Positions 37,173-45,195 of a stretch of DNA of 64,000 nucleotides are shown in pieces. Made by a program: the position numbers and the translations under genes. The stretch's first letter is position 1. Every line of letters begins with the position of its first letter. A model generated the notes under the pieces. That model saw only the letters and a list, made by a program, of their open reading frames with translations, searched no databases and was not told the DNA's origin. Source of the DNA: a virus. The DNA lies in the IMG/VR virus record IMGVR_UViG_3300045988_173968. One strand, 5' to 3'.

Positions 37173-38058
37173 ATTCCTCCTCTAAGTCAATATCTTCGGT
37201 AATTCCACCGCCTATAACCTCAGCTTTTACCGAGTTTTTGGTTTTGGAATAATCCTCACTTTCGTTTTTTTTATCCTGTTTCTTACCGTAGTTGCCATAC
37301 GGATAATCATAGTCGTCCCAAAAATCTTCCCATCGACTACCGCATCCTCCGTAACCACCATATCCGTAGTCATATGTGCCACTCTTTTTAGAGCTATTGT
37401 AAGCACCTGTACCATGATAGGTATATGTCTTTGCCTTTACGAGTTTTTTGGACTCCTCCAGGAACTCACCGTTATCGAACTCAATAGAGACATCTATATC
37501 TCCATTCTCATAAAGCACATTGTTAGCGAGGTCGTAAATCTTAGCATTGTGCTCGTTCTTTTTATTCCAAATCACAAACACCCAAAATGTATCAGGTGAG
37601 CTATTCCCTACCCTGGTTGCCTGGTCAGTGAGATCAGTACCACTCGGGCTTGTCCCCATATTTACATGGCTGTGACCTTGGAAACGGATACGGTTGTAGT
37701 CCTCATCGGGGATTTTCTCGAGAAAAGCTCTGTGCTCATCCTCATCCGTGTCCACATTCACACCAGTAACGACTTGCGGGTACACAAAAACATCTGAGAT
37801 TTTGAAGCCGGCATCACCCACTCTGTCTACATATCCATACCATGCTACCTCAGAGTCAAAATTGTTGACCAAAGTAATCATCTTGGAATAGGCTTCGGGG
37901 GTGAAAATAATCTTCGCTTTACCCGTCTTCTCGCTTTTGAACTCCTTGGTGTATGTAAACTTGCCACCCTCGAAGCTCTTAGCGGATGAGATCTTCTCCG
38001 TGAATTCTCGAATCATTTCCGCAATTGTCTCTTTGGGAATGTTAATCATTTTAGCCAT
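37132..38058 (-). CDS. JAB/JAMM (MPN+) metallopeptidase with a G/Y-rich C-terminal region
   Basis: E (SEVAWYGY) followed by GHSHVNMGTSPSGTD, which is HxH-x7-S-xx-D. The C-terminus ..DGFVKELRVL resembles the family tail without GG. Confidence 0.75.
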   Translation of the reverse strand: MAKMINIPKETIAEMIREFTEKISSAKSFEGGKFTYTKEFKSEKTGKAKIIFTPEAYSKMITLVNNFDSEVAWYGYVDRVGDAGFKISDVFVYPQVVTGVNVDTDEDEHRAFLEKIPDEDYNRIRFQGHSHVNMGTSPSGTDLTDQATRVGNSSPDTFWVFVIWNKKNEHNAKIYDLANNVLYENGDIDVSIEFDNGEFLEESKKLVKAKTYTYHGTGAYNSSKKSGTYDYGYGGYGGCGSRWEDFWDDYDYPYGNYGKKQDKKNESEDYSKTKNSVKAEVIGGGITEDIDLEEEYADDGFVKELRVL

Positions 38059-39403
38059 TCTTCAACACCTCCATAGCTTCTTTCACGGTATGCACCGAAC
38101 CATCCTCGAACTCAATGAAACGCTCATTAGAAGAGCAGATCTTTTCAATGAAATTGGCGCCAACCGTCGAGTCATCAAAGTTGATATTGTGAGTAGAACC
38201 AATAGCCTGTTCAACTGCCCCAAGGTAATTTCTCTCACCCATCATACGATCAATGATTCGAGCATTACCACCCATGCAATGGAAACCGCAGAGATGAGGG
38301 TGAGGCAGATAAGTCTTGAGCTCTGCCAGATTTGTCTCTCTTTTATCTGGTCTCAAGGTACCAGCAACATCCAAGACAAAATGTGCCCAGGTGCGAATCT
38401 TGAATTTCGGATTCTCCCCAAAGACGCTATCCAAGAACAGCTTCATATCATTTTTGGACTTGATGTTCTTCCGCTCGCCATAGTTGCCATAAAAATAGCT
38501 GTATTCGTTATTGAGGCAACGCTCGAAGCTATCCTCATCAAAAGAGTCCAAATAACCCTTGACATAAAAGGAGATAAGCTCTTCGTCCGCATCTTCCAGG
38601 ATGAGATCCTTGCACCGGAGAAAGAACTTGAGAAATTCCCCTTCGTTGCCATCATTACGGCGAATTTTTTCTTCAAGAGCCGCAATTTGCAGGGTGTTAA
38701 AATGGTCTTTGTCGTAAAGGTCATCGAGCTGCCGAAGAAGATTCTCTATGTTGCTCTTAATTCTCGTGTATTCACTTTTCATTCGCTCCAACGAACTCTT
38801 CTCGAATTTCACATCAATGTCACTGAGAGCAGAGCGGATGAACATCTCACGCAGGTCAAGACGGTCATACAGTTTCTGAGATGAATCAGCAAACATATTT
38901 TCATCATTGCGAGAAATCGATTTCACGAGATCAAGCTCGTCGTTGTCGAGAGGCTTGCCCGCAAAGGTCGCAGGGAAGAGCTTCTGCACAATGCAAGCCA
39001 ACATACGACCAAATGACGAATCGAGCTTTTCGCTGTAGATGATGGAACGATTATTGTTTTCATCAATAAATGCCCAACCGACATCTTTTTGTTTGGAAAC
39101 GAAAAGACTTACCGGCTCATTCTGCTTGTAGCCAGCCGCAATAATGTCGGATTTATTCTCGCCAAGCCAAGACAAAGCGTTTTCACCGGAAATCAAATAG
39201 ACCGTGTTCCGCTCAGTTGGAATTGCATAATTGCTTTTTGCAATTTGGAGGTTGTATGTATTTTCCTTATCTCTGGGGTAGACCAGTGCTCTCAAGACAT
39301 GAGAATAACACTCCTCTCCGCCGATTGGTGTTACTGGGATATTGGTGCAAATCGTAGAAAACTTGTTGTCCGTAAATGTTGTGTTGCGAATACTTCGAAT
39401 CAT
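38051..39403 (-). CDS. Hypothetical 450-aa protein, first gene of the JAB/E1 operon
   Basis: Overlaps the JAB start by 8 nt. Has a central coiled-coil-like region and the C-terminal motif HPHLCGFHCMGGN. No family recognised. Confidence 0.6.
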   Translation of the reverse strand: MIRSIRNTTFTDNKFSTICTNIPVTPIGGEECYSHVLRALVYPRDKENTYNLQIAKSNYAIPTERNTVYLISGENALSWLGENKSDIIAAGYKQNEPVSLFVSKQKDVGWAFIDENNNRSIIYSEKLDSSFGRMLACIVQKLFPATFAGKPLDNDELDLVKSISRNDENMFADSSQKLYDRLDLREMFIRSALSDIDVKFEKSSLERMKSEYTRIKSNIENLLRQLDDLYDKDHFNTLQIAALEEKIRRNDGNEGEFLKFFLRCKDLILEDADEELISFYVKGYLDSFDEDSFERCLNNEYSYFYGNYGERKNIKSKNDMKLFLDSVFGENPKFKIRTWAHFVLDVAGTLRPDKRETNLAELKTYLPHPHLCGFHCMGGNARIIDRMMGERNYLGAVEQAIGSTHNINFDDSTVGANFIEKICSSNERFIEFEDGSVHTVKEAMEVLKNG

Positions 39404-39436
39404 TTTACATTTCTCCTTTATATTTTATTTTATGAA

Positions 39437-39512
39437 TGGAGCTGGCGGACGGACTTGAACCCCCGACCTGATGCTTACAAAACATCTGCTCTACCAACTG
39501 AGCTACGCCAGC
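39437..39512 (-). tRNA. tRNA-Thr (anticodon UGU)
   Basis: GCTGGCG acceptor, GCTC-AGTTGGTA-GAGC D arm, anticodon loop TT-TGT-AA, GGTTCAAGTCC T arm, and CCA encoded. Confidence 0.85.
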
Positions 39513-39531
39513 AATGGTAACTAATTTGTGA

Positions 39532-40053
39532 TTAGGTTCCTTTGCGTGAAAGACGGCACGCAACAAATAAACCAATTGACATCACTATGGTATCCATCAC
39601 CGCTGCGACCATATTTTTCGGAATCTTTACTGCAAGGGGGATAGAAAAGAGCAAGCATTCGACAGCTGTTTTAACAACGCCGACGCCAAGTAAAACTGCC
39701 ACACCGGTTATTGCAATGTTTGACCCACACAAACTATCATTTTTCTGGTAGGCTTTCCCACAAATGATCCCAATCAGAACATTGCCAAGCATCCAACCAA
39801 GTGGAAACCAACCCGAAGAAAGCAAGCTTACGACAGTACACCCCGCACCGCCTACAATCGCGCCGCCAAGCATCCCGAACCTCATACAGCAAACCGCAAG
39901 CACTATATACCCAAGGTCAAGCGAAATATGGCCAATGCCAATCGGTATTTTGAGCACCATACTTACGACAACATACAGTGCAATACAAAGTGCAATTTGG
40001 CATATCCACATAGTGTTTTTTCTTATAGAATTTTCTTTAGTTGGTTTATTCAT
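39532..40053 (-). CDS. Polytopic membrane protein, ECF-transporter S-component-like
   Basis: 173 aa with about 5-6 hydrophobic helices. Size and topology resemble vitamin or queuosine-precursor S components. Weak call. Confidence 0.4.
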   Translation of the reverse strand: MNKPTKENSIRKNTMWICQIALCIALYVVVSMVLKIPIGIGHISLDLGYIVLAVCCMRFGMLGGAIVGGAGCTVVSLLSSGWFPLGWMLGNVLIGIICGKAYQKNDSLCGSNIAITGVAVLLGVGVVKTAVECLLFSIPLAVKIPKNMVAAVMDTIVMSIGLFVACRLSRKGT

Positions 40054-40399
40054 CAGTCGATTCTCCTTTCAACTTTTTACTGTCTACATATACCTCTATT
40101 GCCCTGTGATGCGCAAACTGCTCAAGAAGTTCGTCAAAAGATACACCATTCACTTTTGCGTCCACTTTCATTGCAGAAAATTGATCTTTATATTTCTTAA
40201 CCATGCTCTCTAAAGCGAGAAAATGTTCTTTGTCTTTCGGATAAAAAGCGATATCCTCAATGCAAACTTTGCTGATATCTTTTTCGTGGTAAATCGCTCT
40301 CAAACAATTTTTACATGGTTCATCCTCCGGCGATAATGAGAAGTTAATGCAATCACCGCAATAGACGGTAACTCCATTCACCTTAATTGGCTTTACCAT
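40046..40399 (-). CDS. Hypothetical protein
   Basis: Track ORF with a CGDC..CKNC Zn-ribbon. Confidence 0.5.
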   Translation of the reverse strand: MVKPIKVNGVTVYCGDCINFSLSPEDEPCKNCLRAIYHEKDISKVCIEDIAFYPKDKEHFLALESMVKKYKDQFSAMKVDAKVNGVSFDELLEQFAHHRAIEVYVDSKKLKGESTDE

Positions 40400-40423
40400 T
40401 AAAAATACCCCCTAAATTTTTAT

Positions 40424-40498
40424 TGGAGCTGAAGCCCAGACTTGAACTGGGAACCTGCGCTTTACGAGTGCGCCACTCTACCTTTGAGTTACTTCAGC
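40424..40498 (-). tRNA. tRNA-Thr (anticodon CGU)
   Basis: GCTGAAG acceptor, ACTC-AAAGGTA-GAGT D arm, loop CT-CGT-AA (A-A mismatch at the last stem pair), GGTTCAAGTC T arm, and CCA encoded. Confidence 0.75.
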
Positions 40499-40532
40499 AT
40501 ATTGCCCCTCCGAAGAGGGGCATGAGGTATTA

Positions 40533-40760
40533 TCAGGCGTTGGAGGTCTTCGCAATGCAGGACAGGCGGCAGGACTCAGTAATGCCGTAGGAGGCAAAGG
40601 ACTTGTCCATCTCACCGGCACGCAACGGAGTACCATCCAGCGCGGGGGTGGCGGTAGAATAATCTACATTGTTCTCATCGAGAACCTCTCGAATGGTCTT
40701 CTCAGCGTCTACGAGCAGAGTCTTACGATCCATGTTGTTAGTCAGAGTAATGCTTACCAT
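40533..40760 (-). CDS. Hypothetical 75-aa protein (possible beta-grasp-like fold; speculative)
   Basis: Track ORF with higher GC than its neighbours. A GC hairpin (40504-40521) follows the stop. Confidence 0.5.
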   Translation of the reverse strand: MVSITLTNNMDRKTLLVDAEKTIREVLDENNVDYSTATPALDGTPLRAGEMDKSFASYGITESCRLSCIAKTSNA

Positions 40761-40859
40761 AATTTTTTCTCCTTTGTTATGTAAATTTAATTTTTAGGGA
40801 CATAGTTGCGCCCCGCAGCGGTTAGCCACGGGGCTTGATTGTACTGTGCTGTTTACGGC

Positions 40860-41255
40860 TTACTGGACATCGATGGCAGCCTGAACGGAAGCAACCTCAG
40901 CCTCGATCTCGGTGAGAGTAGTACCAAGAGTCTCCTCCAGAGCATTCATCTTCAGGATGATGGCACCGAACTTGTCCTCAGCGTAGGTTTTAGCCTCGGC
41001 GGCAGACATACCGGTGGGGATCATCTCGGTGTAGGTCGCGTAGCCATTCTCGTCGTGAGAAGCGCTTACGAACACAACGCCATTCTTATTGGCGCTGGCA
41101 GTCTTAGTGCCAACATCAATGCTGAAAACGGGGTTCTTTTCTTTGTCGCGCAGAACCAGAGCATCGGGACGATACTTCTTAGTCTTACGCAGGGTCTCCA
41201 GCTTCAGGCCGGAAGTGAGTACGAGTGCGTCTCCATGGATAGTGATCTTAGTCAT
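40860..41255 (-). CDS. Hypothetical protein
   Basis: Start at MTKITIHG with an AAAGGAG RBS. Higher GC. No family recognised. Confidence 0.5.
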   Translation of the reverse strand: MTKITIHGDALVLTSGLKLETLRKTKKYRPDALVLRDKEKNPVFSIDVGTKTASANKNGVVFVSASHDENGYATYTEMIPTGMSAAEAKTYAEDKFGAIILKMNALEETLGTTLTEIEAEVASVQAAIDVQ

Positions 41256-41317
41256 AGTTTGACTCCTTTCGCCCATTTTGGGCATTAAAATTATTTATGT
41301 ATAACCCTGTCTGGGTT

Positions 41318-41605
41318 TTACAACGAAAGTATGTTCGAGAGCTGGTCAAAAAAATCTTCGTATGCAATTTCAGGCTCTATGCAGTCAACATAAAAACGGC
41401 GGTTGATTTCCTTCGCTCCAGGGATATCACAACTCCATAAGCCTTCAAGATTGTGATTATCGAACATGATCGAAACACAATTCGACTTACATACTTCAAC
41501 AACCTCACCAGCCTCTCCAATGAAATGACTTTCATCTAATCCGCTGTGTGGGTTTTTCTTAACAACAACCACTCTGTCGCCTACTTTGAATTTTGCCATT
41601 ATCAT
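41318..41605 (-). CDS. GG-tail family relative, degenerate tail (..EDFFDQLSNILSL), SH3/KOW-like N-terminus
   Basis: N-terminus is MAKFKVGDRVVVV. The tail helix is retained but GG is lost. Confidence 0.5.
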   Translation of the reverse strand: MIMAKFKVGDRVVVVKKNPHSGLDESHFIGEAGEVVEVCKSNCVSIMFDNHNLEGLWSCDIPGAKEINRRFYVDCIEPEIAYEDFFDQLSNILSL

Positions 41606-41829
41606 TCACCTCCAAATAATTTTAGTAATTCTTTCTCGAATGTTGGTTGTTCTTCCTCTGGCAAAAGGATAAGTTCATCCTTTGCAATTTCGTCTGCGGT
41701 CGGCATATAACAGTCTGCAGAATATGCAAATGTCCCTTCACACCTATTCTTACACGCCAAGTAATCGCAATTGTCAGGGTTGGCTGTTTCATTCTGACGG
41801 AATAGACAAAATTCATAAAAACAGTCCAT
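41602..41829 (-). CDS. GG-tail family small protein (..FEKELLKLFGG-E), Cys-rich N-terminus
   Basis: Tail motif with a 1-residue extension. Confidence 0.55.
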   Translation of the reverse strand: MDCFYEFCLFRQNETANPDNCDYLACKNRCEGTFAYSADCYMPTADEIAKDELILLPEEEQPTFEKELLKLFGGE

Positions 41830-41960
41830 TACTCAAGCTCCTCTTTCATTTTTTCATACAATTCGCTAAACCGCTTGCTCCACTTCCTTAGCCCGAAGAA
41901 AAAGCATACGCCCAGCACAATCCACAGACCGCTGGCGATGTTTATTAATAGATTATCCAT
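41829..41960 (-). CDS. Small membrane protein (43 aa)
   Basis: MDNLLINIASGLWIVLGVCFFFGLRKW.. Start and stop overlap both neighbours. Confidence 0.35.
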   Translation of the reverse strand: MDNLLINIASGLWIVLGVCFFFGLRKWSKRFSELYEKMKEELE

Positions 41961-42307
41961 CATTCTACCTCCTGCATCCAAAATTTACGACGGCAATCAG
42001 AGCATATCCGGTTTGAACAATTTCCGTATCTATCCCGACAATCAGCAGAAATGAGTTTTGGGCATAGCATCAAGCGCCCACATTTGTCAATTTCCGCCTC
42101 TGGATACTGTTCAAGAAACACGCTCTGCCTCGTCTTGCGTGGATGTGCAGCAGACCATTCCTCGACTATAGCAATCTGATCCGTAGCGTCCAGCGTTGAT
42201 ATGGTGGAAACCCCACAACCACCATTAGAAGCTGGGCACCCAGTACATTTATCACCAAAACTCTCGCACATCCTGTTGCGTTCCTCAATAAATTTTACAA
42301 CATCCAT
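41960..42307 (-). CDS. Hypothetical Cys-rich protein
   Basis: Track ORF. Start moved to MDVVKF, which has a GGAGG RBS. Confidence 0.5.
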   Translation of the reverse strand: MDVVKFIEERNRMCESFGDKCTGCPASNGGCGVSTISTLDATDQIAIVEEWSAAHPRKTRQSVFLEQYPEAEIDKCGRLMLCPKLISADCRDRYGNCSNRICSDCRRKFWMQEVE

Positions 42308-42445
42308 TGAATTTTCCTCCATTTGCACCCGTCGCACGCGCCATTATGTGCGTGTTTGTACTTCCCGCAGTATTGTCATAACTCGTTGATAAGCGCCTTG
42401 CGGTCTGACGCCAGCTACATTGAACTTTATCTCCCATAGAAAATT

Positions 42446-42751
42446 TCATTCGGTACTCCCTCCCAATAATTTAAGAAGTTCGTCCTCAAAGGATTCTATT
42501 GGAGCAACTAACCGGATCTCATTTTCAAGAACCCAGCGGCAATTAGGATTATAAGCGTCAAGCTCCCAAGTGGACTCATAGGCATCCTCGAATGAGATGC
42601 AAAATTTTGCATTCAATATTCCATTAACATTTTCCGGTTCATTGAAATTAACATCAATAACAGTTCCAACAGCGCCAATTAAATCGTCACACGCATAATC
42701 GTCGTATGCAATATTCTCAACAATTTCTACATTATCGCCTACTGAAAACAT
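42446..42751 (-). CDS. GG-tail family small protein (..FEDELLKLLGG-STE), SH3-like N-terminus
   Basis: N-terminus is MFSVGDNVEIV. Tail motif with a 3-residue extension. Confidence 0.6.
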   Translation of the reverse strand: MFSVGDNVEIVENIAYDDYACDDLIGAVGTVIDVNFNEPENVNGILNAKFCISFEDAYESTWELDAYNPNCRWVLENEIRLVAPIESFEDELLKLLGGSTE

Positions 42752-42849
42752 CTTCTTACCTCCTTTTCAAAAGTGGGGTTCTTCCCAGTCATGCACCCCT
42801 CGACTGCTTATTTGAAAGGAAAGGAGAAACACCATGAACAAGATGGTGT

Positions 42850-42899
42850 TGGGGGAAGGCTTGGGATTTGAACCCAACAATGCCTTTCGGCAACCTTCC
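42850..42899 (-). ncRNA. tRNA-like minihelix: acceptor stem, T arm and CCA, but no D or anticodon arms
   Basis: GGAAGGT / TGCC-GAAA-GGCA / TTG / TTGGG-TTCAAAT-CCCAA / GCCTTCC-C-CCA. An upstream GCCTTCC (about 42975-42981) could pair alternatively with the 5' strand. Confidence 0.4.
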
Positions 42900-43016
42900 G
42901 TATAGAGGCGGCTGTTGCACGCTGCGCACACGCATCGAAACCGCTAATCAGGGACTGTGCAAGCACCATCCCTTGGAAGGCAAACCCTTTGACGCAACAT
43001 TTAATTCTCACTTACT

Positions 43017-43103
43017 TGGCGGAGAGGATGGGATTCGAACCCATGGCTCTGACGAGTCACCGGTTTTCAAGACCGGCTCCTTAAACCGCTCGGACACCTC
43101 TCC
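43017..43103 (-). tRNA. tRNA-Ser (anticodon UGA), long variable arm
   Basis: GGAGAGG acceptor, loop CT-TGA-AA, long variable arm, GGGTTCGAATCCC T arm, and CCA encoded. Confidence 0.85.
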
Positions 43104-43560
43104 AGGTCTAGCTGGTTTTCTTGTTTCTCTCAAACCAGCAAAGCATCTATCTACGCAAGTTCAAACCGTAGCCATTGGATGAACTTTTTCTCGACCCGCA
43201 GGGTTAGATGCTTTACCCCGCTTGAACATTTTCGCAGTCCCTAGCGCCTCACCACAAAGTCTTTACTCTGTGGAGAGGTCTGAGCGTTAGGCAAGCTGTG
43301 TACACTATTGGCCAATTTATGCCATGCAATTAGCACTCGCCCTGCGGAATCGTACCGCACCCTCATAAACCGTACAGTATTAAGAATGGCCATTCCTACC
43401 CTCGGTGGTTTATGATTCGAACCTCGCTTTGCTGTACTGATGTAGTAATACGACTCGTGCCATCCAGCAGTTCACACGAGAAGTGTGGGTTGAAGATTTT
43501 TAATCGACCTTTTAGCTAGCTCTCACTTCTTGGATTAGCGCGACCCACAAATTGATATTT
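43104..43560 (-). ncRNA. Roughly 457-nt ORF-free structured spacer inside the tRNA array (large ncRNA candidate, class unknown)
   Basis: Only short, implausible ORFs. Many local helices. Short stretches recall RNase P or tRNA motifs (GGGTGCGGTA, GGTTCGAATC) but no complete known core could be built. Confidence 0.35.
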
Positions 43561-43629
43561 TGGTTTCGGGTGGACTTGAACCACCGACGCACTGGCTCCC
43601 AGCTGCTCTACCTCCTGAGCTACGAAACC
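43561..43629 (-). pseudogene. tRNA-like gene with a truncated anticodon arm (13 nt instead of 17)
   Basis: Normal acceptor (GGTTTCG), D arm (GCTC-AGGAGGTA-GAGC) and T arm (GGTGG-TTCAAGT-CCACC). The anticodon region is GCTGG-GAG-CCAGT, a 3-nt loop. No CCA encoded. Confidence 0.5.
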
Positions 43630-43744
43630 ATATTTAATTGGACAGTCTTTCTGAATCTAGTGTGCGCATTGCGCCTTCATCTCTCTCCGCAACTGTCCGG
43701 GATGCGTCAAATCCATCCGCGTGGCTGTCCCGGGAACAGCTAAT

Positions 43745-43820
43745 TGGTACGCCATCAGGGATTCGAACCCCGAACTAGCCGGATATAAGCCGGATACTCT
43801 GACCGTTGAGTTAATGGCGC
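43745..43820 (-). tRNA. tRNA-Ile (anticodon UAU)
   Basis: ACTC-AACGGTCA-GAGT D arm, loop CT-TAT-AT, GGGGTTCGAATCCC T arm, CCA encoded, and a G1-U72 wobble. Confidence 0.75.
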
Positions 43821-43846
43821 ATTTAAGCAGGCAAGCCTTGGCACCT

Positions 43847-44359
43847 CTAAACGAGGTGCCGCCTGTTGGTTCGATATGTATTGATTTCTTCTTGAAGCTC
43901 GTCCATGATGTCGGTAAGGATCTCCACATAGTTTTCATCTTGGCAGTAGCGATAAGCCACATCTTCAAGTTTCGAACCTGTGTACTTCCAGGAATCTGGA
44001 TTGTTGTATTCCAACAGCCCTTCCGCAATGAACCAGATACATTCTTCAACGGAGTCGAACGACCGGAAACTGCCATCATATTGACGCCAACCTCCGATGT
44101 TATTTTTCTCCTTGAAGTAGGTTGATGTTCCCCATCCGCTCTCCAATCCGAATTTTGCAAGTAAGTACAGCGGGTTTATTCCGTAATACTTCCCTGTTTC
44201 GAGGATTGTCCAAGCATATGGGGACAGCCCTTCTCGAAGATTTGTCAGTACATACTCGAATTCTTCCAATGTGTAGTCCGTTTCATCGGTAAAGACTTCG
44301 TACCCATACGCCGGAACTACTATCAGAAGCGCTAAGAGGATTGCAATGATTTTACGCAT
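43847..44359 (-). CDS. Secreted glucosaminidase (GH73/LytD-FlgJ-like) domain protein
   Basis: N-terminal signal peptide MRKIIAILLALLIVVPAYG. INPLYLLAKFGLESGWGTS..NNIGGW. Ends at TAG (43849-43847), and a TAA follows 8 codons later. Confidence 0.65.
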   Translation of the reverse strand: MRKIIAILLALLIVVPAYGYEVFTDETDYTLEEFEYVLTNLREGLSPYAWTILETGKYYGINPLYLLAKFGLESGWGTSTYFKEKNNIGGWRQYDGSFRSFDSVEECIWFIAEGLLEYNNPDSWKYTGSKLEDVAYRYCQDENYVEILTDIMDELQEEINTYRTNRRHLV

Positions 44360-44391
44360 TTAATACCTCCTGAATTTTTGCCCTTGCGGGC

Positions 44392-44468
44392 TGGTCGGGA
44401 TGACAGGATTTGAACCTGCGACCTCGTACTCCCAAGGCACGCGCTCTACCAAGCTGAGCCACATCCCG
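44392..44468 (-). tRNA. tRNA-Pro (anticodon UGG)
   Basis: CGGGATG acceptor, GCTC-AGCTTGGTA-GAGC D arm, CGTGC-CTTGGGA-GTACG anticodon arm, GCAGG-TTCAAAT-CCTGT T arm, and CCA encoded. Confidence 0.9.
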
Positions 44469-44639
44469 ATAAAGAAAGAGCCTGCGGTTTTTCTACGCCA
44501 CAGGCTCTTCCACAGAAAGGGGGCGATGCACATCCCTGCATCTGGGGCTCTTTTTCCGGCTTGCATTTCGCAAGTCGCCTCTCGCACGAGCAGTGCTAAG
44601 GTTATCTCGAAAGGAGGTGCGGGGGAATGACGACCCCCG

Positions 44640-44726
44640 TGGTGCCGCTGGCGGGATTTGAACCCGCACGATGTTTCCATCGAGGGATTTTAAGTCCCTT
44701 TCGTCTGCCAATTCCGTCACAGCGGC
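44640..44726 (-). tRNA. tRNA-Leu (anticodon UAA), long variable arm
   Basis: GCCGCTG acceptor, AGGGA-CTTAAAA-TCCCT anticodon arm, variable arm GATGGAAACATC, GCGGG-TTCAAAT-CCCGC T arm, and CCA encoded. Confidence 0.85.
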
Positions 44727-44729
44727 ATT

Positions 44730-45194
44730 TTAATCATCTCTTCTTGCGCACTTCCCATCAACAAAGTGATAATCTCCAGCATATGCACAATCAGCACAAT
44801 CGTTTGTCTCGTCACCGCCGAGAGGGCAAAGAAGATTCATAAGCTCATCCTCGAAATAGAATTTTTGTTTTAACTCCGGTCGATATTTCATAATGAAATC
44901 ATCAACAGGGATTACATACCATCCATCGTAAAGTTCAGTTTTCTGATAATATTCCAAGTAACAAAACGAACCCCACTTAAGGCTTCCATTTTGCATCACA
45001 AGGATAGCAACTGTATCACTGCTCATTCGACCGAATTGCTTCCCTATTGCCTCAATGTCACTCTTTGGGAAAACTCTGACTTCATGATCTTCAGACCAGT
45101 CATCTGGGCTCAAAACTCCGTCGAAGATTTCTACAAATTCCTCAACCGTAGTCTCTCGATTAAAGTAGACGAGGAGCTTCTTTTCAATTTCCAT
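44730..45194 (-). CDS. GG-tail family protein with an interrupted tail and a Cys-rich extension (..FEDELMNLLCPLGG-DETNDCADC..)
   Basis: N-terminal domain is paralogous to 45196-45558. Carries a 29-residue extension after GG. Confidence 0.6.
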   Translation of the reverse strand: MEIEKKLLVYFNRETTVEEFVEIFDGVLSPDDWSEDHEVRVFPKSDIEAIGKQFGRMSSDTVAILVMQNGSLKWGSFCYLEYYQKTELYDGWYVIPVDDFIMKYRPELKQKFYFEDELMNLLCPLGGDETNDCADCAYAGDYHFVDGKCARRDD

Positions 45195-45195
45195 T

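Noticed and set aside
37901-38884. 327-aa plus-strand ORF
   Set aside because: It lies antisense to the JAB gene and the 450-aa gene, which show overlapping-operon structure and real motifs. The composition is that of a shadow ORF.
43104-43560. tmRNA, RNase P RNA or a group I intron in the tRNA-array spacer
   Set aside because: Only short partial resemblances were seen (GGGTGCGGTA, GGTTCGAATC, AGATAGATGC). There is no tRNA-like 3' end with CCA, no GAGGAAAGUCC core and no P7/P3 core. The region is left as an unclassified ncRNA candidate.
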